DNA of 64,000 nt from Chrysomallon squamiferum (GCA_012295275.1 CM022679.1:26102001-26166000); one strand, 5' to 3'; positions 42,701 to 58,196 are shown, counted from the first letter of the stretch. Numbers and translations are program-made. The notes: generated by a model not told the origin, from the letters alone.

Positions 42701-43220
42701 TTTCTATACAAATTTAAAATCTGTCCGAATTAAGATTTCATTTTTTATTAACCTCCTGTCCTCAACCAGAAACAATTGCTTTAAAGAATGAAATAAAATA
42801 ATTTATGCTGCTTTATATGTCGGAAACCTTTCCAGAATTTTATCGTTCAGAACTGATATTTCATTTCATATATACGTTATAAATAAAGAGTAGCTGTTTT
42901 TTTTTTCGTTTGTTACTTTTAGAAAATACTTAATTTCCGAATTTGACATTCTTTTCAGACCATATTTAGCTTTCTGATTTAGTTATAGCTCGGTGTACGT
43001 TAATTTCATACAATGCTTAATTTCCGGATTTAGGTAAAGTGTACTGTTATGTTCGTTCCTTTGAGAAAATACTTTAGTTTTCTCTTTCAGTCTAAGCTCA
43101 ATGAAATTTTTCAGACAAAACTTTGTTTTCGCCTGTAGCTAAGATACATTACCTTACGTTACTTTCAGACAATGATTAGTATTCAGATTTGGTTAAATTG
43201 CAATCTTCCGTACGTTACCT

Positions 43221-43606
43221 TTACGTTACTTTCAGATTATTCGTTAGCACGTTATCTTTACGTTACTTCCAGAATATTCGTTAGCACGTTATCTTTACGT
43301 TACTTTCAGATTATTCGTTAGCGCGTCATCTTTACGTTACTTTCAGAGTATTCGTTAGCGCGTTATCTTTACGTTACTTTCAGATTATTCGTTAGCGCGT
43401 TATCTTTACGTTACTTTCAGAGTATTCGTTATCACGTCATCTTTACGTTATTTTCAGAGTATTCGTTAGCACGTCATCTTTACGTTACTTCCAGAATATT
43501 CGTTAGCACGTTATCTTTACGTTACTTCCAGAATATTCGTTAGCACGTTATCTTTACGTTACTTTCAGATTATTCGTTAGCGCGTTATCTTTACGTTACT
43601 TTCAGA
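43221..43606. repeat. 37-bp minisatellite, about 10.4 copies, consensus TTACGTTACTTTCAGATTATTCGTTAGCACGTTATCT
   Basis: Unit starts at 43221, 43258 and so on to 43591 (370 bp = 10 x 37). It lies in the intron between the two paired-box exons. Confidence 0.97.
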
Positions 43607-45156
43607 CTTCGTCTTCCACGTTTGGAGGAACCGTCGTCAAGCGATACTTGCTGCACTTGCACAGCTCGATAATAACGTCGTGTTTTCATAATTTCCATGT
43701 ATTCAGTGCACCGTATTTAATCGCCATTCTACCATCAGTCTTTGTTGTCGCATCCGTGCAAAGATTTAATCACTGACGCGCGTCTCTTCGAATTAAGTTT
43801 TTTTTTTCTTTTTCAAAACGAAATTTTCAATAATAACCGCGAGCCGTGGGGTCGCCATGTTTGTGTATGTGTGACTGGTTTTCTATGGCGCTCCGCTTTC
43901 GGCCTCAAGTGGTATTGACCCAAAGCTGCAGACACGTCGACTGGTACCTTTGTTACCTGGGAAATGAACAGTATTTACATGCGTCTGAAACATTGCTTCT
44001 TGTTAATAATAATTTTTTCCCCTCTCTTTTCTTTTTAATTGTTTTTTTTATTATTATTTATCTTTTTATTTTTTTTTATTTTTTCCCTTTGTCTGTGTGT
44101 GTGTGTGTGTGTGTGTGTTTGTGTGTGTTGAACTAAATGCTCATCAACCGTCGAGGTTCTTTACATGGAATGTATTTCACCCGAACACTTTGGTATCTAA
44201 GAGAAATCGATTTCAATGAATTGACGCTAATAATATAATTTTAGTCAATTTACGATTTATTACTGTTATTTTTTTTTTCTTTCTTTCTCTAAGACCGTCT
44301 CCGTTTTGCTAAGAGAATGGATTCTTAGTAAAAATGGTTCGTTGTTTCATATGTCGTTGGCTAATAACAATGGCAGAACAAAGATATTCTTTGTTTCCTC
44401 ATTATTACCGTTTTTTGTTTCTTTTTGCTCTTACTTCATTGACAAAATAGAAATTTATGCTCTTTGAATATTATAAAAATGATGACGGAGTTAATAATAT
44501 AATGTTTTTTAAATTATTGTTATGAAAATTTTATGGTAATGATGGTAGTGTATAAATACATGAACATTTATCTTTCTCTTGGTATTTAATGACTTACAAT
44601 AATATTTTATAATTTAATATTATTAATTAAGCAAAAATACAATCCTAGACTGTCATTCATTTCAAAACAAATTTTTGTTATTTTATAACGTTCAAATTAT
44701 TTTCTTCTTTTCTGTTTAATTTGTTTTGTTTTGTTTTATTTTATTTTAATTATATACTTTTTTTTATAGTTTTTGTTTAATATGTCTTTGTACATTTTTA
44801 CTGTATTTGTAAACAAGATATTATTCCTTTTCCTTGTATTAATTTATTTGCTATATTAATTTGTATGTTAACGTAGAAATCATTTTATTATTTTTCTGTT
44901 AATTGTGAAGAAACCTTAACTCGTGTGGGCAGATTTCAAAAGAAACAGATAAATATATAAACAAATAACTTAGATATAAACATTAAAAATAAAAAAAAAA
45001 AAAAAAAATAAATAAATAAATAAATAAATAAATAAATGAAATACGATACGATACACTACAATACAACAAAATAACAATAAAAATAAATCAGTGAATTAAT
45101 TAATTAAAATAAATAAATATTTTATAATGTTAAATTTTATTTTCATTTTGTTTCAG

Positions 45157-45354
45157 GTACTATGAAACGGGTTCTATCAAGCCCGGGGTTATCGGAGGCA
45201 GTAAGCCGAAAGTGGCCACACCCAAAGTGGTCGATGCCATCACGCAGTACAAATCAGACAATCCAACGATGTTTGCATGGGAAATCAGAGACAGACTGCT
45301 CACAGAGGGCGTGTGTTCCCAAGACAACGTCCCCAGTGTCAGCTCCATTAACAG
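45157..45354 (+). CDS. Pax2/5/8: Pax2/5/8 paired-box exon (linker and RED subdomain)
   Basis: Acceptor ttttgtttcag|G and donor AG|gttagt; 198 nt, phase 2 to 2, in frame with the previous exon (AG+G = Arg). Translation: (R)[65 protein letters not shown](R). Confidence 0.98.
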
Positions 45355-47881
45355 GTTAGTTCCTTTGTTTCAAGAAAGATGATTGGTCGGTTTGTTTGTT
45401 ACAAGATCCATCATTGGACAATTCATTTGTTACAACATACATGATTGGTCAGTTCTCTTACAGTGATGGTTTTAAATGTCTGTCTCTCTGTTTCTGCCTT
45501 TTTCTGTTTACCTATCCATCTACTTGTCAGTTTTACCTCTCTTCTCTTCTCTCTCTTCTCTTCTCTCTTGTTTATCCGCTTCTTTCAGTAATTTAGAAAA
45601 TGGAAATGTCTTATCTTGTATGCCCAAAACATTGATTTTGAAATATGGTCTGATATTAGCAATGATATGTGTTTACAATGTACAAATGTAGTCTGAAGAA
45701 GAATTCTACATTTTGTTCCATTTTTATTTTGCCCGACACTCTGATAATTATGTGACATAATCATTACTGCAATGAAACCGACTCATTCGTGTGTTATGCT
45801 TAAGTATGGATTAATTACGCTCATCACAACATATTGTTTTTAAATCTGTTTTTAATGAAACAGAAACCTTTTATTCTTTTTTTTTTTTTTTCCTCTCTCA
45901 TTGCCTCTGATCATGTGAAAACTGCATATTTTAAATAATATTTTCTACGTTTAATTATTGATTATAAGAGTCACTGCCATTATTACGAGCGTTTTGCAAT
46001 GTCATTTTTCAGTTGTTATTCAAATCATCTGTTATTCATTTAGATGATGGATGTAAAAATATTTTAATTGACATACATCATCCGTTTCATATATGCATAA
46101 ATTCCCCGCTGTGTGGTACAAATTCTATCTAACATGCGTCTTGTTTGTTTGGGTAAAATAGAATTGGTAAGTTAGTGGGTTAGATGATCATTTACATAGA
46201 AGAAAATATGTAGTTTTATTTATTTATTTAGTTATTTAGTTATTTATTTATTAGTTAGTTACTTTATGTATTTATTTATTTATTAGTTACTTTATTTATT
46301 TTTTTATTTTAATTACTTACTTACTGACTTACTTACGTACATGTTCATTTGGTTCGTTCATTGATTGGTTCATTTAGTTATTTATTTCTGTTATTCTTCA
46401 ATATCGGACAACTGGACCTGGTATCAAAAGGCGATCACCAAACACACCACTCATAAGAATGATAGCTTAACCACAGGATCCCCAAACGTGCTTTTAATAA
46501 TCAATACAACAACATATTAATTACTGTATTTTTCAAGATAATTTGCCCATATACTTTGCATCATCATTAAAGTTTTGAAGCTGTTATGTATAATTCTTAT
46601 TTACACCGCAAACGTATTTTGAATTTCACGAACAACAGTGGTGTACATTGGAACATTGCGTGTTGAGAAAATTGTCAAGTCACTGAACGAAGATAATTAT
46701 GGGGTGGGCCATGATGAAGTTTTCGGAATAATAATTAATCACACCGAATGGAACAGAATACAGACCACACCTAATTATACACCCCAAACAGAGGAAGTGT
46801 GGGAGGGAGGGATAGGGTGGGAGGGAGGGATAGGGAGGGAGGGATATAGAGATATAGAAAAAGAAACAGATCCTTAAATACAAAATATTACATTCAGTCA
46901 CACAATATCTAACTTAGAATAAGTAAACACTGGAACTCAAACTAACTTCCATCCGTCCATCCATCCGTATACACCCTACAACCCCACCCAATCCCTTACC
47001 CATACACGTGTACACACCCACCCACACCACACCCACCGACCTTGAAGATATCTCAAACTGGAAAAAAAAAAAAAAAAAATTGTATTTTTGACGGCAACTG
47101 TAAGAAATAAAGAACCGACATCCATAAATCAAACAGTAACTTGAATATCCTTCTGCCCATTGAAAACCAGTGGTCTCTGAGAGTTCATAACAGCAAATTG
47201 CTAGTCACACGCGTACGTTCGGCCACGCATACCCGATTACAGGCGGGTGTGATACCCACGAACTTGTTGTTCAGGGTGGCCCCACTGTGCTATAGGATGA
47301 CACACGGGCATGGAATTGCACTAATGTTGATATGTTTTTTAGTTATAATTTTCAGAGGACATAAATATATACAGAAAAAAAATAAATAAAAAGCAATTCT
47401 GACCAAGAAAATTGTAATCTGTGTATGAATGCTTTATATATTTTTTTCTATTTCCAATTGGTCGCATTCTTCTGCTGCTGTAATGAAAAAAAAAAAATAT
47501 ATATATATATAATAAATAAATAAGTAAATAATAATAATAACAATAGAAAACCAAAAACAAAATCGTGGCTGTTCGTGTCCTGCATAAACAAACATGTACT
47601 TATTTATTTCAGTTCTTGTTTGTTTTTGTCACACGCGCGTTTGCAGGAGAGAAATGTGTTTGAGGCAAACGCAAAACGAAAAAGTTGATGAATATCTAAA
47701 CAAATGATTTATCCTGATACTGAGGCCTACAAATATCTTGATGATAACTTATAGAAAAGATTTAGGAACATAGATGAATACAAATAATAAATACATTTAA
47801 AGTAAAAATCATAAATTTCTTTCTTTCTTTCTTTCTTTCTAATTAAATAAATAAATAAATAAATAAATAGATAAATAAATA

Positions 47882-47921
<40 letters not shown>

Positions 47922-50900
47922 TTATACCAGTAATAAATAAATAAATAAAGAAAGAAAGAAAGAAAGAAAGAAAGAAAACAGAGCGAATTGAAAACAGTTA
48001 CAGTTGTAAATAATTAAAAAAAAAATTTGTTCATAAACCAACATTCGTAACCACTTCGTATAATATATTATTATGTGCAAATTTAAATTTGAAAATAAAA
48101 AAATAAAAAAATTATTCGTTTAATACAAGAAAGATATTTTATTTATACGCATTTTTATTTTTTTATTCAACAACATGCAGTTTAAAACGTATTTTAAAAT
48201 AAAAGCATTTATTGTACGAATAATAATTAATAATAATGAAATACGATTAACTAGTAAATTTTTCATTCACCTTTCAATAACTTAAATCCTATTTTTGAAA
48301 GATGTTTTAAAGTTTTAATATTAATAAGTTTATATAAATACTGTTCGGAATTATTGCATAATTAAAATAGATATTAATATATTTACTGTAAATATGAAAT
48401 GTACATAAAAATGTATATTTTTCAATTTAAATACAAAATTCAGTAATTAATTTGCTTCTATATGTCAAGATATTATACTTTAAGTCTATTTATTTTATTT
48501 TATTTTAATTTATTTTATTTCATTAACAACTTGTATCATATTATTTCATTTTATCAATTATTTCAATTTTTAATTTTAACAAAGACTTTCTTGAAGAAGA
48601 AGAAAAAAAATTCCTCTTTATCAAGACACGATCTTAAAACTTAAAGAAAAAAAACAAAACTTTTGTTCTCCAATAATCAAAGGGAGGGGTAAAGAGGGGG
48701 CGTTTCTGACAGCCCATACCACCAACGCCCATACCTCAACACCAATAAACGTGTACGCAGACGTTTTCAAAACACTCTATGAGATTTTTTTCTCTCCGTC
48801 TTTTCATCGGCTGACTGCTCTTTTTCCTTCTCGGACTTCCCCGTGGCCCCATGCCCCGCGGCGCCTCCCTTGTCTGTCAGCCCCCACAGACACTGCAGTC
48901 CTTTCACAACAATCATCAACATTTAATGTTTTATGGGGCCGAAGAGCTCAAAATGTGGGATCGGGCAAAAGATTCCTGCTATTTCCCTAATGATTAACAT
49001 TATAAAACGAAGATGGGGGTCTCTACAAATTGAGTACTATTTTTTTTTTCTTTTAGTTTTTTTTTCTTCTTTTTTTCTTTTACCTTGCGCTGATGTTTCT
49101 GACGTTCTGAATCTTCGCCCTGTTCATCGTAAAAGGTATTATTAAAGAAGCAACCCGCAGTGCTAACTCAATGCTAAGCCATTTCGTTCTTAGTACGGCC
49201 GCATTTTAATGGTTTGGTCTCTTGCCGTTTAGCAGCAGGCGTTTGCCAAAGTGAAACATTACTGAACTGCGATTAGTTGCAGTAACACTTGCTTTTCTCT
49301 GTTGTGCGTTACTCGAACTGCTCGACCTTGACAAATGTCTATTTTATAAGGTACGAGCGACTTTTAACAGTGCCAGACATAAAGCGGCTCCGTTTGGGTG
49401 GAAGAAACAATACAGAAGAAAGCGGTGGCAGTCAAACGTATGCGCTTTAAATACGTAAGAGCGAGAGAGGGTAAATATAATAAAGAAAAGAAAAGAAAGT
49501 TGTATAGAAAGATATAAGAATGGGGAAGGTAAAAACGAAAACAAGAAAAAAAAAAAAAAAAAAACAACATTAAAGAAAGAAACGAAGAAGAAAAATAAAA
49601 AAATGAGATAGAACCAAAACAACGAAAGCACATCCGGTTGCTGCATTTTCATGTGAACAATTTCATTTAAATATCTGTTAAATTATTATTAAAAAAAAAT
49701 CCATTATATTTTATGACATCATTCCTTACATAAACATGTTTAGATATAAATAATCATAACGATTACGACCACAACATCATAGATGGAAAAATACACACAG
49801 TTACAGCATATGGGCTAATATTAGCAGAAATAGATTTTTTTATTATGCTTATTGTAAACAATAAACTGAAAATTCGGAACTTTTATCAAATGTGTATTAA
49901 CACCAGACGTAGATAATTCATAAATAATATTATTTCTTTTTGTTGCTTTGTTTTTCTTTCTTTCTTTCTTTTTCTACTTGTACTTTAATCAAGTATTAAA
50001 AAGCCACTAATGATAGACTATTGTATTATCTATCTTCTGATCAGATTTAGCAAAGAAAAACTTGATTTTCGTTTCGTATGATTTGTTTTGCACTGACGTC
50101 TGGAATTCTTTGGTAAATTCCTCCCTGTCCCGAGCGACCTCGGAGACTGGAAAACCAAACTAAAAAGTAATTAACGGCATCTACCGAGCTCTTCTTAATT
50201 GCTGCGCAGTGGGTGATTAATTAGCAAACGGCACCGCTTTCCAGTGAGTGCCTAAATACAAATAACATCAAACCTTTTTCTTCTTCATTTTTCTTTTTTT
50301 TCTACCACAATCTATGACTTGCCTTACTAGGTCTATGTTCAGCTGAATGAGTTACAGGCAGTACTTAGAGAAAAGAAAATATATTCTTTGTCCACATTCT
50401 GCCTTTTAACTTTTGTTGTTTTTATTGTTATTGTTATTATTCTTATTATTATTACTTGTCATTGTTGTTGTTATTTAAAATATTATTTCAAAGCAAAAAT
50501 AAACTGCAACTCTTTTTTTTTTCAAATCCCAGCCCTTCCAAAACGACGATTGTACTGGGCTCATCATTTACCTTTTCAGTAAGGGTTTTTAATGCATTGC
50601 AAACAGCGTTTTGTCGACTGTAATGTCTGGACACAAAGGCAGGCTCTTCAGATGCTTTCACGGAGTCACTTAACATATCTAGTCATATTAAAAGGACGCA
50701 GCTTAAATGCACCACTCATGCCGTTTATCGGTCAGACGTAATTAGCATTGTCAAAGAACTTGTGAATGGGCGAAACAGGTGTAAAAGGTGTTGTAAACGA
50801 TATAAACAGTGTAGCAGAACAAATCCCTGCGGTAAACAGAGACGTGATTCAGAATACGACCACGTTTAGGCCACAGCTTTTTAATAGGCGCCGATCTCCA

Positions 50901-52552
50901 GCTCTGAAATATTCATTAGGGAATACCTTATGTTCTCGTTATCCCATTGTCATCTGCTGGAGGGACTTAATGTGATCCTGCTTTTATCAACGTCGCTGTT
51001 ACCCACGGCCCTTTGATATCCGACGCAACAAAAGCGATCAAACATTAGCGACAAAAGAAAAGACCGACAATTAAAAATCGCTGCGACAGCGTTCGGGGGG
51101 AAATAAATTGCGACTTCTCGCTCGCACAGAAGAGCGCCACTCGGAGACTGAAGAGTTCCATGGAAAAGTTAAAAAAAAAAAAAAAAACCTAAAAATAATA
51201 ATACAATGTCCGTATGAACTAAATTCCCTCCTCCCGAAACATAAGAGTTACGCCATAGTTTATGGTAGATTTCATCTCTTTGCCTCTCTCTGTGTTCGGT
51301 TCCGGATTAACGGAGAGCCATCATTGTGCCATAAATGTCTTAAGTGCCGATCGTACGCGGCAGTACGTGCTGAGGCGTGATATCATAATTTTGATATCAT
51401 ATTAAGAACTTGCAAACGACTCTCGCCGCGGACCGTATTACAGCTCGCAGCATGACTGAGTGAACAAATTAAGCCGGGAGACGGGGCCTGTTATGCTGTA
51501 ATATCAACAATATTTCGGCTCCTTCCTATATTTAGTTTCCAACGTTTAGCGAGCGGGGATTCTTTTCTTTTCTCTTTTCCCCCCTTTTCTCTTTTCTCTT
51601 TTCTCTTTTCACTTTTCTCTTTTTCTCTTTACCCCCCCCATACAAACTTCCCCCCAACCCCCGGACCGTTTTTATTCTTGTTCGAACACGAACAGAATTC
51701 TAAGACCAAAAATAAGAAATTTTCCACCAGATGGGGGAAGATGATATTTTTCATCATGCTTGGCTGGTTAAACGAGAATCTCTCCCCCCCCACACCCACC
51801 ACACACACACACACACCACACCAAACCTCACAGTATGGCCAGCCAAGTGGCTATTTTCCACCGGTATTAATTAAACATTGCTAATAATTTCTGTCTGGGT
51901 CTCAATCGCAGGCAAACGGCTATAGTTCGAGTCAAACCGACCTTCGTGTTTTCCAGCGTAATGACGAATGGAAAAGCACTGGTCCGTTGCATACACGGGT
52001 CTTTCTTTCGCCTTTATGCGGTCCGACTCCTTTTTTCACTGCAAAGTGTGGGTAATTTGGTTCGCTAGAATTAAATTTTTCGAATGGCTGCTTGTTTTCA
52101 TTTTCGATGGCGAATTGCTTACACCTTCATCCATTGTTGGAAACCGAGTCCGCTGTTGTTGTTTTTTTTTTTTTTTTTTTTTGTTTTGCGCCGTTTATAC
52201 AAGTTTGTGCAGGGCCAAGCATTGTTGTGAGTTTTTGTGTGTGTTCAACAAACATCGAAAATGTCGACTATAAAACATTCGTCTCCCCTTCTGGTCTGAT
52301 ATTAAAAATCTTTCATTCCGTTTTCTGTTCGGGATTAAAAACTATAAGGGCAATTTGTCTGCGTGTTTCACGAGTGACAAAACTTATTTTCAGTTAGTTT
52401 TTTTTTTTTTTTTTAGTTTTTTTTTATTATTATTATTATTTTGAGAAAATATGATTGCCTAGTTTTGAATAAAACAGTTTTGTTACCATCCAACCATGAC
52501 AACGCCGACTGCTTTCAAAACTGAAAGAGAAAACAACCAGCCAAAAAAATCT

Positions 52553-52585
<33 letters not shown>

Positions 52586-54464
52586 TTAAAAAAAATAAAA
52601 ACGTTATTTTTTAATTTTTGTTTCTTTTTTTTTTTATTTTATAAATAATATAATGATTTATTAGTCCAATATCATTTCTCGGAAATTTCTATTTTAGTTC
52701 ATTTCTGTATAGGTCTACATCTGTCCCTTTCTTTCAGTATAAATATATCGATATATCTCTCAAATACATTTTATCACCCGAATACTGCTCTCATACATTC
52801 TCTGTCTGTCTGTCTGTCTGTCTGTCTTTCTCTCTCTCTCTGTCTCTGTCTGTCTGTAAGACATAGACACAAATACATATACACATATAAAAACACCAAA
52901 GTACAGAAACAATCACCAACATTCCTACATAATGTTCACACAAATACATACATACACATGCATTCAAAACTCCCATATACATATGAATATAAACAAACAC
53001 ACTGACACACTATGATATCAATTCTTTTATCCTTCAAACCTATTTAAAATTCCTCGAGTACTATTTCTTTACGCGTTTAAACAAGCCGATGACTTTAACA
53101 CACACACAGACAGACAGACATTACGAAACGTAAAACTGCCTAATCATGCTGGTTAAAGATAAACTATTATATGTATGTGAATGACGTGTAATGACTGATA
53201 GCCATCGTGTTTTAAAAACCAATCTGCAGATTACAAATACGCGAACAAACGAAAGATTACACAAATGAACATGACACTACGACACTGACATAAGTAATAA
53301 GTCATATTTGTGGATGGGAAAGGGGAACGCGTGGAAAACACTGAGATCTTCTCACAGAGGCTGTAAAGAGAGATAGAGAAAATACAGCATGGGATACGAC
53401 ATGTTAGAATTTTTGTGAGAGATGATACGTTATAAGTTACGATTGACGTTAGCAAGAACCGCGTTAAGTAAAGGTTTTTTTTTTTTTTTTTTCAAGATTT
53501 TGACCAACAGCGACGTACAGAATTCCTAAAAAAATTATTAAAAAAAAAAAAAATTCTTTCAAAATATTATCCGATATATTGAATTTCCACTCATTCCATT
53601 TATGACCTAGACACATGCAAGCGATAAAAAAAAAAAAATAAAGTTGTCACAGTTGTAGTTGTTTGTTTCGCGAATTTTGCAAGTCTTCGTGCATAAACCG
53701 TAGAGAACATGTAACAGCACAATCTGTCATTTTCTTTCTTTTGGTCCAAAGCAATCTGGACACGCCCTAGTTTTTTGGGGTTGTTGTTCTTCTTAAAGAT
53801 AACCAAAAAAAAAAAAAAAAAATTATGACGTCATTCACAATGAACTACCTGAACCTTAAAAACGAAAAAGAACAATCCTGTAGTTGGGTGAAATGGGCAC
53901 ATCGGCAATTTTACGGCTCTTGGGCTTGCGTGTTTAGAGATCGTACGGGAAAAAGCAAGCTGGGTATCGGTTTCTGCAAAGCAGACCTTGGACAATGACT
54001 TTCAAGCCCGGCTCGTTGTTCAAAGTGTCAAAGTTCGCCGTTTGGACGATTCGAGCCTAGCTCTTGTGTGTCACGTATCCCCCCCCCCCCCCCCCCCACT
54101 TTTAAAAAAACATTTCATCGAACTAGACGACCCGCTGAAACCATAGCAACCATCTGAGTTGCGTGACGTACTGTCCTGTGTGGCCAGTCCCAAGATTTCT
54201 CCACAGATTTGTGGTGTTCAGATATTTATTTATTTTTTATTTCTTATTACTGTTTTTTTGGGGGGTTTTAGGTGGGGAGAGGGGTTGATTAGGGTGGGTT
54301 GTTTTGCTGTAATATCATGCGAATTTTGGTATTCGTTTATTTTTTCAAGAAACAAATCTTAAACAAGGTCATAAATATATGAATATTGTTTCCAGAACAA
54401 CAACAACAACAACAACAACAACAGCAACAAAATTAAAAATAATAATAAAATTATAATAAATACA

Positions 54465-54499
<35 letters not shown>

Positions 54500-54888
54500 A
54501 ATGAATGAACAAATAAATAAGTAAAATAACTGAATAGAACAAACTGAAGAACGCAACAGACAACAATAACGCAGCTATGCGAAGCAAACAAAAGCTGCAC
54601 GAGAAACACATCTCAGATATACGCTGACATAAGTAATATGTCTCGTTTACAAATGCGTTTATAAGAAGCGTGAAAAAATGCTATACAATTGCTGTCACAG
54701 GAGTGCAATAGAAAACAGAATCGTCCGAGATACGCAATGTCGAATGACAGTGCATTTTGTACAAAACACGCCCAGAACCGTTCTCAAAGGAGAAATGTTA
54801 ATAATACTATTGTTGTTGTTGTTGTTATTATTATTATTATTACCGATAATTGCATGATTGCCATTACCGTTTTCTTCTTCTACTTCTG

Positions 54889-54959
<71 letters not shown>

Positions 54960-54970
54960 TGCTACTAAAA

Positions 54971-55200
54971 CTACGATTACTAATACTTCGACTGGTACTA
55001 ATTATATCTATTAAATATATGTATTATTGTTTTTATTATTACAATTACAATATATTATTATTATTATTATTATTATTACTACTGCTACTACCACTACCAC
55101 TACGATTACTAATACTTCTACTACTACTAATTATAGTACTAATACATGTATTATTGCTTTTATTATTACAATTACAATACGTATTATTATTATTATTATT
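54971..55200. repeat. ~129-bp tandem duplication embedded in (TTA)n/(CTA)n tracts
   Basis: CTACGATTACTAATACTTC...ATGTATTATTG(T/C)TTTTATTATTACAATTACAATA occurs at about 54971 and again at about 55100. Confidence 0.8.
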
Positions 55201-55724
55201 ATAACAATATCTATTATTATAATCATTGTTATTATTATCATCACCATCATCATCATCATTATTATTATTACTATCATCATTATTGTTATCGCAGGGTAAA
55301 CGTGCATAGTTCTGCAGATACCTATCATTTTGTCTTATTTTGCAAAACGATTTTATCAGCTGGAATTGAGTTCTGTGTTGTCCATTGAGGAGTCGTTTGA
55401 ACCTAATCCCCACGTTGACTGTTTGTCTCTTCTTTTATCTGGCTTTATTTTTCCAGTCTTTTGTACAAAGAGACAGTATTGTTTTTTTTCAAGTCCTGTT
55501 TGGCCTATCTGATCCTTCCACGAAACGGTAACATTATATACGAGGGGAGCAAGTACTTCTCGTAGATGTACGCGTTTAACCCGACCCCGTGTGTGTGTGA
55601 AAAAACTAGTTTTATTGTTTTCTTGTATTTAAGTCATTCTTCTGGAAAATTCTTACTAGTGATTCAGACTTTTATATATATATATTTATTTTATTTATTT
55701 ATATCTTTTAAATTTCTTAGAGTT

Positions 55725-55726
<2 letters not shown>

Positions 55727-55798
<72 letters not shown>
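55727..55798. repeat. (TC)n microsatellite
   Basis: Pure run. Confidence 0.95.
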
Positions 55799-55806
<8 letters not shown>

Positions 55807-56600
55807 TTCTCTCTTCCCTCTTAAACTCAATTAACTTTTTTTCTTCTTTTCTGTCAGATTTTCTTTGTCTCTCGTAATTTAATCAATATTGTATCGTTAC
55901 CTACTCTGAAACGTGCACTTAAAATGCAAAAAAAAAAAAAAAAAAAAAATGTCTGTATTGTTTCGAGAACGAAAGATTTATTTCTTCTTAATTTAACAAC
56001 TTAACAGAAAAACAAACCAACGTCTGTCTCTCTTTCACTCTCTCTCTTTCTCCATCCCTCCCTCTTTCCCTCGCCAGCGATTTAATATCACTTACAAACG
56101 GCAGACTGTTAAAAAATAATCAAGAATCTAAAATACCGAGCAACACGTGCAGAAACAATTTCTCGACGAAAAGTGTATTTTAAACTCGGCCAAATGAATT
56201 TTCCTGCCATTTTCCCTGTACACCTGTCACACTCTCGAGTTCCGGTTCACTTTTTCTTTCCTCACTTTGCCAGAGAGTTCCTCTATGCAACGCATTTAAC
56301 CGCGCCGAGTTGTGTTTCCCAAGACATTTACAAAATATAAAACCTCGTGTGAAAACGAGAGTAGATTATGTTTGTTCTAAGTCTTTGATGAGCTTGTTGC
56401 AGCATGGGGTAGCGGGGTTAAGTGAGCTTGTGTCCGCCCAGCTTACGGCATTTTTCCCAAAAAGAAAAAAGAGGGAGGGTGAAAAACGATTATAGAACAT
56501 GTGTTTCCGGAGCGGCCGTTGAATACCTGTTGTAAATGAAACATGAAAGTTGAATGGCATGTATTCTAAAGTAATTTTCTGTCTTTCATTTTTACCAGCG

Positions 56601-56640
<40 letters not shown>

Positions 56641-57112
56641 GTCGTATAAATGTGTGTATGTGTGTGTGTGTGTGTGTTTTTTTTTTTCTTCCCCTAAACA
56701 AATGGTTTCTCACTTACTGGCAGACTGTTACCATTGGTTTGCAAACAGAAACGCTGTTTGTACAAGACGGGGATGTAAGCTTTGCTTGTAGTGCGCGTGG
56801 CGTAGGCGACTCGCTTGGTTTGCGTCGAGAATCATTTGTAAGAAAATATTGAAGAATTTTTACGAGTTATAAAATGGCTTTTTTTTTAGTTGCTCGGCGG
56901 AAGGTAAAGTAGGTGCAGAGGAATTATGAGTTTGGGCTGTAAAATATGAAATATGATCAATTTCTGAGACAAGTACTGAGGAAACGGTCATGAGAACTGT
57001 CAGCATCCCATGACGAATAAAGAATTTTTCCCCCAGTTCCATGCATACTTGCGTGCTTGCATTTATGTGCATGTTTTCTCGTTGTAGCTTTCCTTCATTC
57101 TAGTTGTATCTA

Positions 57113-57450
<338 letters not shown>

Positions 57451-58159
57451 GTACCTATTTGTAAGTCTTTGAAACATATATGTCTGTGTTATATGTTTTC
57501 GTGTCAAAATTTGAATATGATTCCATGTTCTATTCTTCTTGTTTTTCTATTTATAATTCTTCAGACGTATACTTTGTTCACAACTATCCCCGTTAGTCTT
57601 GTCAGGTTTCAATTTAAAAAAAAAAAAAAAAAAAAAACAAAAACATAATTTTCTTCTTAAAACCAATTTCACTACTGTCGATTCTTTTTCTCCTTTTTTT
57701 TTAATTTTTTTTTTTTTTTTTTCTTGGCCTTTATTTTCGTGCTTCGTTGCTGTTGTAGTCCGAGCTTTGAACAACGACAACAATAACAAACAGTAAAGTA
57801 AATAAAACAAAACTAAAAAAAAAAAAAAAAAAAAAATGTATAATTAAATTTTACATTTACACCTGCACCCTAATGTTCTGCTTCTGAAAGAAATGGATCT
57901 AGCACACAATACGCGTTACTCATAATGTTGTCATTATGGGGAAAAATTGATTATTTTTCTATCTCTCTCTCTCTCTCACGGCAAACTGGAAACCCAGGTT
58001 ACAAAGAGTATATAATACCGCTTTTTAATGGTGGCATTACTGATCTGAAACACGAATCTAATACGAGTATATCCTTCTTTTATCGACCGCTTTAGTCCGT
58101 TGATGGACCAGAATGGAGTGAAACAGAATCTTGTTAGTCGTCCGAAATGTAGGAAATTG

Positions 58160-58196
<37 letters not shown>

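Noticed and set aside
43221-43606. 37-bp repeat as a CRISPR array
   Set aside because: CRISPR-like unit length, but contiguous with no spacers; an ordinary minisatellite.
45160-45359. ORFs 45160-45348 (-) and 45162-45359 (+)
   Set aside because: Antisense and out-of-frame shadows of the paired-box exon 45157-45354.
46400-46490. Possible tRNA-derived SINE remnant (similar impression at 23550-23640)
   Set aside because: No clear A/B boxes, tail, target-site duplication or second copy in the window; a repeat-library search would be needed.
55537-55547. TATACGAGGGG resembling a mariner terminal repeat start
   Set aside because: No matching inverted terminus or transposase remnant was seen; too short to be meaningful.
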